This document shows positions 1-7,489 of a stretch of DNA of 17,025 bases, one piece after another. The stretch is from Promethearchaeota archaeon. Its GTDB lineage: Archaea; Asgardarchaeota; Lokiarchaeia; Sigyniarchaeales; SOKP01. The first letter of the stretch is position 1. Each line of letters begins with the position of its first letter. Position numbers and translations under genes: made by a program. The DNA is taken from the NCBI GenBank assembly GCA_019058295.1, contig JAHPZI010000011.1, positions 1-17,025 of the forward strand. The letters run 5' to 3'. The notes beneath the pieces are model-generated. The model was not told the DNA's origin and did no database searches. It saw only the letters and a list, made by a program, of their open reading frames with translations.

Positions 1-609
1 ATAACTCTCTTAAGGTAGCCAAATGCCTTGTCTGGTAAGTTCAGACGTGCATGAACGGTCCAACGTCCTCCCTATTGTCCCAGCCTTCTGACGATTGAAA
101 TCACACTCCGGCGAACGGTCCGGAGAAGCCCAACGGGACGAGAAGACCCCGTGGAGTTTTACTGCAGCCTGTTGTTGCGGTTTTGAACTGGATACAGAGT
201 GTAGTCGGGAGCGTAGATGCTATCATTTCGGTGGTAGCGGAGCAACTTTGGAATACCGGCTTTCCTTTTTGAAATCGCTAACGGCGTGAAAAGCGTCGGA
301 CACCCGCAGGTGGGCAGTTTGGCTGGGGCGGCTCACTCCAGAAAAAATATCTGGAGTAACCAATGGTCAGCTCAAGCGGGTCAGGAATCCGCTGAAGAGT
401 TTAAGAGCAAAAGCTGGCCTGACTGGATTCTGATCACCAAGGAATCCTGAGGCGAAAGCCTGGTCTAGCGATCCTCTATTGTGCTCATGTGGCTTGTAGA
501 GGTGATAGAAAAATTACCCCGGGGGTAACAGAGTTGTCACGAGTAAGAGCTCATATCGACCTCGTGGCTTGCTTCCTCGATGTCGGCTCTTCCTATCCTG
601 GGAGCGCAC

Positions 610-640
610 ATATCATTTCCGTGTATTGGAAATGAGCGCA
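610..640 (+). other. ~31-nt insertion in the 23S H91 loop (mini-intron or expansion segment)
   Basis: 43 nt lie between CCTGGG (597-602) and CCCAAGGG (646-653), versus 12 nt in E. coli. Contains a perfect 8-bp hairpin TCATTTCC (613-620)/GGAAATGA (628-635). Exact borders are ambiguous because of the GAGCGCA repeat at 602-608 and 634-640. Confidence 0.8.
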
Positions 641-673
641 AAACTCCCAAGGGTGGGGCTGTACGCCCATTAA

Positions 674-716
<43 letters not shown>

Positions 717-894
717 ATTCTATCTGTTGGGCTTGTTGGAAGACTGAGGGTAAGGGAAAATCAGTACGAGAGGAACATTTTGCCGGCGCCTCTGGTGTAC
801 CGGTTGTCTGACAAGGCATTGCCGGGCAGCTACGCGCTAACGGATAAGTGCTGAAAGCATCTAAGCACGAAGCCGGACCCGAAAATAGTCTTCC

Positions 895-1086
895 ACTCCT
901 TTCTCAAATTGTTTGATTGATTTACTGGGATATTTTGGTTGGCTGGATTGATAAGGCATCCTGTGTAAGCCAGAGGTCAATCTAAAAGTTTTTAAAAAGA
1001 AACAAAAAAAGTCATAATCGGAATGGTCGGTGAGTTGGTTGACGTGCGTGGGGGCTGGTGACAGCAACCGCAGAGAAGGGACGAGT
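895..1086 (+). other. Supersized expansion segment ES39 (H98 region) of 23S rRNA
   Basis: About 190 nt between the conserved CCCGAAAATAGTCTTCC and the resumed core GCACCCATAAAAGATGGGGTTG. Closed by CCTTTCTC (898-905)/GAGAAGGG (1073-1080), with internal stems. Confidence 0.85.
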
Positions 1087-1292
1087 GCACCCATAAAAGA
1101 TGGGGTTGGTGAGACGGGGGTGTACGTGCCGAGCTTTCGGGCGAGGTATTTAGCCCGCCGTTCTCAATAGCACGAGTGTTTGGTGTTGAAAGAGGACTCG
1201 TGGTTCAGGCTTAGAGTTTATGGGTTTTAAAAGTGGTGTTGGTAGTTAAGTATTATAGTTGGTAAGTAAAAGGGTAGGGTGTGTTCCTGGAG

Positions 1293-2267
1293 TTAATTTT
1301 TTTTCTTTAATATATTCAAATAAATTAAGCTTAGAAGAACTCCAATGCTAATGGGATATACTACGGAAAATGTTACTAATGCACCATGCCAAGGGAGTCC
1401 TGCATGGAAGATATATGCAAAATATAGCAGAATTAAACCAGGCAGATATGAGTCTGTTTTTCTCGTGAGATAACATAACAAAAAGCCGAAGATTATAAAG
1501 GTTAGAACAAAACCCCAGGTATGCCAAGGATAACATAAGCCAAAAAGCATACTCACGATAGCATAAGCATAAATAGGTTTAATTTTACTTAAAAATAGTT
1601 TCAGTCCATATTTAAAAAAGAAAGTACACATCGCCCATAATTGTACTAATTTTATAATAAAGAAAAAAAAATACATCTTTGGCTCGAAAAAAGAGCAGCA
1701 GTGCCAAAGACAAGAAATCAAACCATACCCGAAAGCGATTATAATCATAAAAATAGAAATTTCTTTTATGTTATCTGTTGATGTAGCTAAATCTTCTTTT
1801 CTAAAATGAAATATTTTCTGAAGAAGCAATGGTGATAAACCAAGAAGAAATAGACTTAAAATTGATGGAAGGAATAATGGTCCCATGCCAAGAAATCCCT
1901 CTGGATCCCACCAATGATATCCTATCACAAGATTGACAATAAAAAACACAGCTGCTATAATAAAAAACATGATTATTTCCTTTTTTTCAACTTCTCTCTC
2001 GTGTAAAGATTTATTTTCCCATCCTAACACAATTGGTAAGGTGAATGCTATTATTAATATTCCCAAAATAGCAAGAAATCTCATTGAAATTTCGCCCCCC
2101 AGCTCATGTACACCTTCCATCCAAGTCCTTCCGTTAATTGGGGGCTCACCAACAACTTCTAACGATAAAAATTCTAGTAGAGTTAAGGGCAAGACCAAAA
2201 TAAGTATAATTAAAGAAATAATTAAACCTACCAGTAAATAAGTAAGGATCTTATCATCTTTATTCAT
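1293..2267 (-). CDS. Polytopic membrane protein with a C-terminal CPBP/Abi (type II CAAX protease)-like fold lacking canonical catalytic residues
   Basis: 324-aa ORF with many hydrophobic segments. The C-terminal pattern SMLFGLCY...FGFLLCYLTRKTDSYLPGLIL follows the CPBP scaffold (S-x-LFG-x-x-H ... G-x-x-L-x-Y-x-x-x-KT-x-S), but EExxxR and both His are absent. Confidence 0.6.
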   Translation of the reverse strand: MNKDDKILTYLLVGLIISLIILILVLPLTLLEFLSLEVVGEPPINGRTWMEGVHELGGEISMRFLAILGILIIAFTLPIVLGWENKSLHEREVEKKEIIMFFIIAAVFFIVNLVIGYHWWDPEGFLGMGPLFLPSILSLFLLGLSPLLLQKIFHFRKEDLATSTDNIKEISIFMIIIAFGYGLISCLWHCCSFFEPKMYFFFFIIKLVQLWAMCTFFFKYGLKLFLSKIKPIYAYAIVSMLFGLCYPWHTWGFVLTFIIFGFLLCYLTRKTDSYLPGLILLYFAYIFHAGLPWHGALVTFSVVYPISIGVLLSLIYLNILKKKN

Positions 2268-2502
2268 AAAATATTCCCTTTTTTCTATTCAATAATATTC
2301 CAAATGAAACCTTTTATACTAATCATAAGAATTCAGCTAATTAAATAATTTCTATATCTTTGGGAAGTATACCCCGTGTTTTATAAATTCTATATTATGA
2401 TTTCTTGTGGAATTGGAGCATTTACTTATCTTATCGAATTTTTATAGTTCAAATAAAACAATTTTCTTGGTCTTTTTATATTTAGGATTAGAGACTTGTT
2501 AT

Positions 2503-3453
2503 GTGAAAAAAAAAAGTATTTTGATAATAGGTATAATTTTTATTAGCTTTTTAGCTACAATTAGAAGTGTTAGAGGAGAAGGAGGAAGTTTTAACTTCAT
2601 TGTTACAGAATTCTATACAAACAAAACCACATACTATAATGATGAACAAATAGTAATAAATGCGACATGGTATTTAGATTATAATACGGAAGGTACATAC
2701 TATAACCAGATTTATATATGTAATGAAACAGATGAGCTTAACCCCGTCTGGTCTTCAGATCACATATCTGATTTGGGAGAACATAATTACATTTGGACAG
2801 TATGGATTCAAGACTTAAATACTTCTTTCAAAAATGATTATAATATCTTTTACATTAAAATTTTTTATTATTGGCATAATGATCCAGACCCTGTTGATGA
2901 AGGTTTTTGGGAGTATGATGTTATAAAAATTACAACAACTAAGCGTAATGTGTCTTGTGAATTAGAGGGTTTTAAAAATCCCATAAAATATGGAGAGGTC
3001 TTAAATATTAAAGCAACTTTTTATAATACAACGGGGCAAACCAGAATTGAGCTTGAAAACTACCAAATCCACTTTAAGGTTAGTTCGAAAGGAATTGTTC
3101 GATTCAATAGAACTTATGTTACAAATTCCTCAGGGATGATTGAGACTATATCTTTAAATAAGTCCATAGTATCCATTGGAGTTAATACCTTGTCTTTTAC
3201 TATGAATAATGATACTTTTTTTAATGATCTGGATTATGAATTATCTTTAGTGATTACAGAAACGAAGGTAAGCCATGCTCTTAGTGAGTCTAGGGATAGT
3301 GATGTGAATAATGGCGAGAATGGTGAATATCTCGAATATATTTCGATTATTTCGGTAATATGTCTTTCATTTGGTTTCCTTGGGGCAATGTTATATAAAA
3401 ATTATCGAAGGAATCAAAAACAAAATTTAGATGATATTTCATTTAAGTATTAA
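2503..3453 (+). CDS. Putative cell-surface glycoprotein, single-pass type I membrane protein
   Basis: A GTG at 2503 (in frame with the track's 2407 start) gives a signal peptide MKKKSILIIGIIFISFLATIRSVRG. The ectodomain looks beta-rich and has 10 N-x-S/T sequons. A C-terminal TM helix (YISIISVICLSFGFLGAMLY) is followed by a basic tail. Confidence 0.7.
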   Translation: MKKKSILIIGIIFISFLATIRSVRGEGGSFNFIVTEFYTNKTTYYNDEQIVINATWYLDYNTEGTYYNQIYICNETDELNPVWSSDHISDLGEHNYIWTVWIQDLNTSFKNDYNIFYIKIFYYWHNDPDPVDEGFWEYDVIKITTTKRNVSCELEGFKNPIKYGEVLNIKATFYNTTGQTRIELENYQIHFKVSSKGIVRFNRTYVTNSSGMIETISLNKSIVSIGVNTLSFTMNNDTFFNDLDYELSLVITETKVSHALSESRDSDVNNGENGEYLEYISIISVICLSFGFLGAMLYKNYRRNQKQNLDDISFKY

Positions 3454-3478
3454 AACTTCCTTAGAGTTGGCATTTAAA

Positions 3479-5227
3479 TTAGAGATTATATCTTTTTCTT
3501 TTCTTAAGTTCCTTCAATCTTAAAGCTTTTCTATCAATCTTTCCAACAGGAGTTTTAGGGATAATACCTACAAATTCAATTATCCTAGGATATTTGTACG
3601 CAGCTATGTTTTTTTTTGCCCAGTCAATAATATCTTGTTCAGAAATCTTTCCATCAAACTCAGGTTTCAATTTAATGAAGGCTTTAACAAATTCACCCAC
3701 AACCTCATCTGGATCAGGCACTCCGATCACAGCACATTCTAATACGGTAGGATTAGCATGGAGAGAGCCCTCTACTTCAGCAGGTAGAATTCTATAACCC
3801 TTGTATTTTATCATTTCCTTTAATCTGCCGACTATGTAAAAAAAACCATTTTTATCCATAGTAGCAATATCACCTGTACGAACCCATATATTTCCATTTT
3901 CGTCTTTCACTAATGTCTCTTTTGTGGCTTCCGGTTCTTTCCAGTAACCTTTCATCACTTGTGGACCTCGAATCAGCAATTCTCCATGCTCTCCCGGGGA
4001 TAATTCTGTAATATAATCAGGTGGGTTGATGATTTTGGCATCAGTATCGATTACAGGAAAACTTATTGAAATAGGATTTATATCTTCCCAACTAGCTGCC
4101 ATAGTGCACATACATGTAACTTCTGTCAATCCATAAGCATTAATAACCTTTAAACCTGTCTGTTCCTTCCAGAGCTTCGCAATTTTAGGAGGTAATGGAG
4201 CAGCTCCAGATGCACACAGTTCAATAGAAGATAAGTCTCGAGTCTTAAAATCTGGATGATTAATAAAAAAATTATACATAGTAGGAATTCCGGAGAATGT
4301 TGTTAATCTATATTTTTCAACCATTTTCAAAATTTCACCAGGATCGAACCTAGAGTATAGAATAAGTGTTGTGGCCGCTAATACAGTAACATTCAAAATA
4401 TAAAATCCCATTCCATGACAAAGTGGATTGCAAGTTAGAGTTCTGCCAGTACCATAAGTTTTTATTGATTCTTCTACAGATCCTTGCCAACTCCCAGCGG
4501 CTCCAGTATTATAATATTGAAGCGCATTTGCTATTAGATTCGAATGAGTCAACATTACTCCTTTTGGTAAACCAGTTGTTCCACCAGTGAATAAGATGGC
4601 TCCTAAATCCTCCCAGATATCTATATCTACTTTGGATGGTACTGGTGGATATTCTTCTAATAATTTCTGTATTGTCAGCTCATCAGGATTATCGGAAGAT
4701 ATTTTTATAATTTGTTCAATACTTGATTCTTTTGCCCCCCTTTTTGCGTTGCGAAAAAAATGCTCATCTGCAATGAAAACCTTGACTATATCTGACTTAT
4801 CAATGACATGTTTTATCTCTTTATTTTTATATAAAAAATTAATTGGAATTAAGATCGCACCAGTTTGACTTGAAGCATATGCCGTGAAAACATATTCAGG
4901 ACAATTGGGAGTCATAACTGCAATACCATCCCCTTTCTTAATTCCCAGCTCCTTCACAAAAGCATTACTGAGAACATTTGTGTAATAATCAGTTTCATAA
5001 AAAGTGTACTTCTCATTTCTATCAGGGAAGAACATTAAAACATTGTTAGGAAAATCTTTCGCAGATTTTTTTAAAAAGCAATGAAAGCCTTCTAAATTCG
5101 GATAATTTAAAGTCTTTGGTATTCCTTCAGGTCGATTCTTTAACCATGGTCGATTAGGTCTAATCCAAGGACTTTCATTTACCAAATCAGGAATATCACG
5201 AAAATCGAAATCACATTTCTCAGAAAT
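3479..5227 (-). CDS. AMP-forming acyl-CoA synthetase (long-chain fatty acid-CoA ligase-like, ANL family)
   Basis: Motifs FTGGTTGLPKG (P-loop), AYGLTE, RTGD, GRLKEMIKYKG, PKTPVGKI. The track starts at TTG 5185, but the frame is open up to the TGA at 5240-5242, and an ATT at 5227 follows a strong SD. Confidence 0.92.
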   Translation of the reverse strand: MSEKCDFDFRDIPDLVNESPWIRPNRPWLKNRPEGIPKTLNYPNLEGFHCFLKKSAKDFPNNVLMFFPDRNEKYTFYETDYYTNVLSNAFVKELGIKKGDGIAVMTPNCPEYVFTAYASSQTGAILIPINFLYKNKEIKHVIDKSDIVKVFIADEHFFRNAKRGAKESSIEQIIKISSDNPDELTIQKLLEEYPPVPSKVDIDIWEDLGAILFTGGTTGLPKGVMLTHSNLIANALQYYNTGAAGSWQGSVEESIKTYGTGRTLTCNPLCHGMGFYILNVTVLAATTLILYSRFDPGEILKMVEKYRLTTFSGIPTMYNFFINHPDFKTRDLSSIELCASGAAPLPPKIAKLWKEQTGLKVINAYGLTEVTCMCTMAASWEDINPISISFPVIDTDAKIINPPDYITELSPGEHGELLIRGPQVMKGYWKEPEATKETLVKDENGNIWVRTGDIATMDKNGFFYIVGRLKEMIKYKGYRILPAEVEGSLHANPTVLECAVIGVPDPDEVVGEFVKAFIKLKPEFDGKISEQDIIDWAKKNIAAYKYPRIIEFVGIIPKTPVGKIDRKALRLKELKKRKRYNL

Positions 5228-5234
5228 TTTAAAT

Positions 5235-5241
5235 CCTCCTC
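5235..5241 (-). promoter_or_regulatory. Shine-Dalgarno-like site GAGGAGG for the acyl-CoA synthetase
   Basis: CCTCCTC on the + strand. Lies 7 nt upstream of the in-frame ATT (5227-5225). Confidence 0.55.
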
Positions 5242-5282
5242 ATCATTGAATTTTGTTATAAACCTAATACTGTTGATTCACT

Positions 5283-5567
5283 TCAGTTGTATAATGCTTT
5301 TTCCGACTTTTTTGTTATACTTGCATGAATGGCTTTTTCACTAGATTGGATTCTTGGAGATATCTTCTTATATCTTGACGGTAAAACATAATTTAATAAG
5401 ACAGGGACAAGAAGAATCAATTCTTCCTTTCCAAAATCCGATAATTTATAAAAATATCTGAGAATCCCTTCTGTATTAACAGTCCGTTTGATTATACCTT
5501 TTTTTTCTAAAGCTCGTAATCTATCAGTTAATGTGGTTTGATGTTCTTGTAGTTTTAAATATAATAA
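5283..5567 (-). pseudogene. N-terminally truncated HxlR/DUF24 winged-helix regulator fragment
   Basis: Stop-free frame of 94 codons with no ATG/GTG start: ...HQTTLTDRLRALEKKGIIKRTVNTEGILRYFYKLSDFGKEELILLVP... It aligns with TLTTRLFSLEETGIIKRTVHTGRPVRVSYEMTAFGRGLILLFYP of the 9469-9933 protein. Confidence 0.75.
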
Positions 5568-5651
5568 TTAATAATACTAATTAAATTTAAATTTTGCACT
5601 TAGTTAAAATTTAAATTAGAAAAAAGTTATTTAAAATTGAAAGTGATTTCT

Positions 5652-6944
5652 ATGGTTGAATCGAAAGAAATGAATATTCAAAGAGAAGTAGATATTAAAC
5701 ATGCAATACCTCCAAAATTTGATTATAAAAAAGAAAAAGTAGCAATTGTTAAATTAGATGATTATGAACCAGAAAACATTAAAGGAGCATTAAAATCAAT
5801 CCTTGAATTATTGGATTTAACGGATTATTTTAATGGAAAGACGGTATTATTAAAGCCAAATGTGTTAACTTCGAATGAACATACATTTACTCCTTGTGAA
5901 TTATTAACTGGGCTGATTCAAATCTTCAAAAATGAAGCTGGTGTGAAAGAAATTTTCGTAGGTGATTCCACTTTTACTAAGAATCTTACCTCACATTACC
6001 TTAAGAAAAGCAAGATAAAGGAAAAATGCGAAGCAGAAGGTGCTCAAGTTTTTAATTTTTTCGAATCTGAACGAGAAAAGATCGATATAATAAACCCACC
6101 CTACAGCGCTGAAGAAAGCATTTATTTGCCCAAAGAAATATGCGATACTGATCTCATAGTAAACATGCCAAAATTAAAAACTCACACGGGATATGTCTAT
6201 ACGGGGGCTATAAAAAATCTCTATGGAACATTAGGAAACAAGCAAAAAATGCACATAATCCATAAGAATAAAGATTCTTTTCAAAGAATGTTAGGTGATA
6301 TTTATTTTGCTATTGAAGAGACTAATAAAACGGATAAACCAAAAGTCTTAACTATTATGGATGCTGTCGTAGCAATGGAGGGGAAGGGACCTCAATTTGG
6401 CAAACCAAGAAAAATAGGTCTATTGATTGCGGGATTCAATTCGGCGGCTATTGATATTATGGGGTATACATTAATGAACGGAGATCCAAATGATTTGAAA
6501 GCTATAACTTCGGTCGCAAATAGAACAAACCTTCCCATTGACATTTCTCAATTAGAGATTGTAGGCGAAAAAAATTATAGTGACTATATTATAGACGATT
6601 TTAAAAAACCAAAAATAAAAACACTTAAAGGGACAGGTTATGCAATGAAATGGATGCCTATAAGACTTGTTAAATTATTTTTAAAGATGTCTATTAAGAT
6701 TAATAAAAAAAAATGTACGCTATGCGAACAATGCGTCAATCACTGTCCCGCATCTGCAATGGCTAAAAAGAAGGATAAAATCATAATAGATCGTAATAAG
6801 TGTATCGAATGCTTCTGTTGCGGAGAGACTTGTCCTAACGATGCAATCAGCGCTAAATGGTATATATTTAGAATAGCACCATACTTGTTTGTGTTATTTG
6901 GTTTGATTGCATTAGCAATAATTTGGGTTGTTTTTTTCTTGTAA
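5652..6944 (+). CDS. DUF362-family protein with C-terminal 2x[4Fe-4S] ferredoxin domain and membrane anchor
   Basis: VLLKPN, NMPKLKTH, TGAIKNLYG and DAVVAMEGKGP are DUF362-type motifs. CTLCEQCVNHCP and CIECFCCGETCP are two 4Fe-4S motifs. Hydrophobic C-terminus. Start is TTG 5637 or ATG 5652. Confidence 0.88.
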   Translation: MVESKEMNIQREVDIKHAIPPKFDYKKEKVAIVKLDDYEPENIKGALKSILELLDLTDYFNGKTVLLKPNVLTSNEHTFTPCELLTGLIQIFKNEAGVKEIFVGDSTFTKNLTSHYLKKSKIKEKCEAEGAQVFNFFESEREKIDIINPPYSAEESIYLPKEICDTDLIVNMPKLKTHTGYVYTGAIKNLYGTLGNKQKMHIIHKNKDSFQRMLGDIYFAIEETNKTDKPKVLTIMDAVVAMEGKGPQFGKPRKIGLLIAGFNSAAIDIMGYTLMNGDPNDLKAITSVANRTNLPIDISQLEIVGEKNYSDYIIDDFKKPKIKTLKGTGYAMKWMPIRLVKLFLKMSIKINKKKCTLCEQCVNHCPASAMAKKKDKIIIDRNKCIECFCCGETCPNDAISAKWYIFRIAPYLFVLFGLIALAIIWVVFFL

Positions 6945-6994
6945 GATAAAGAATTTTTGGCATATCGGAACTGGGATATGAAGTGTGTTCCAGA

Positions 6995-7024
6995 TTTTTA
7001 TTTCTCTTTTTTCTCTTTTTTTTT
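6995..7024 (+). terminator. Oligo-T/pyrimidine tract, archaeal-type terminator candidate
   Basis: About 30 nt almost entirely T/C, starting about 50 nt after the DUF362 stop. Confidence 0.45.
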
Positions 7025-7113
7025 AAATTTTGAAATAAATTTTTTTAAACTAAATCCTATATAATAAAAGACTATTGTGGTATATAATATATTAAATAAA
7101 ATGAGTTGATGAT

Positions 7114-7461
7114 ATGACGCTTTATAAGTATCATGATGGAAGTGGCAACACATATATTATTAAAAGTGAAGTCAAAAAATTTATCGAATATATACCAATA
7201 AAACCCTCTCTTAGTTCAAGTGGCTTTTATGATGGAGGAAATTATATTAAAAAAGAAATAAATAATCTACAATACAATAAAATCGCGTCAGTTTTAAATG
7301 AAGCTATAAGAAATAAGGAAAGTCATATTGAGAATAGATTGAAAACGTCAGGTATGATAACTATACAAGAAATAAATGACAAAAAAATATATATATTAGC
7401 TCCAAACTCAAAAGAATTATATAAAATCGAAAAAGCATTGCAAGAAATAATTAAAAATTAA
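7114..7461 (+). CDS. Hypothetical protein (115 aa)
   Basis: ATG-started ORF filling an intergenic gap, with protein-like composition (YHDGSGNTY, SSSGFYDGG). No family recognised. Confidence 0.75.
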   Translation: MTLYKYHDGSGNTYIIKSEVKKFIEYIPIKPSLSSSGFYDGGNYIKKEINNLQYNKIASVLNEAIRNKESHIENRLKTSGMITIQEINDKKIYILAPNSKELYKIEKALQEIIKN

Positions 7462-7489
7462 AGTTTTTATATATTCAACCATCATCTAT

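Noticed and set aside
95-289. 64-aa ORF from the track
   Set aside because: Lies within the 23S rRNA gene; chance ORF.
861-1094. 77-aa minus-strand ORF spanning ES39, considered as an intron-encoded endonuclease
   Set aside because: Antisense to the rRNA, too short, no LAGLIDADG/HNH/GIY-YIG motif. The region is explained by RNA structure.
1348-2241. ORFs 1348..1536 (-) and 1933..2241 (+)
   Set aside because: Alternative-frame or antisense shadows of the 1293-2267 gene with no motifs.
2407-2502. 32-codon N-terminal extension given by the ORF track
   Set aside because: It buries the signal peptide. GTG 2503 is the more plausible start.
3594-4868. ORFs 3594..3797 and 4587..4868 (+)
   Set aside because: Antisense shadows of the acyl-CoA synthetase.
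5584-5617. 12-bp inverted repeat AATTTAAATTTT/AAAATTTAAATT
   Set aside because: Pure A/T in an extremely AT-rich spacer; expected by chance.
6961-6993. Possible hairpin or pseudoknot (CATATC/GATATG, with the loop pairing to GTTCC or CCAG) after the DUF362 stop
   Set aside because: Stems are only 4-6 bp, no riboswitch or SECIS consensus is recognisable, and there is no comparative support.
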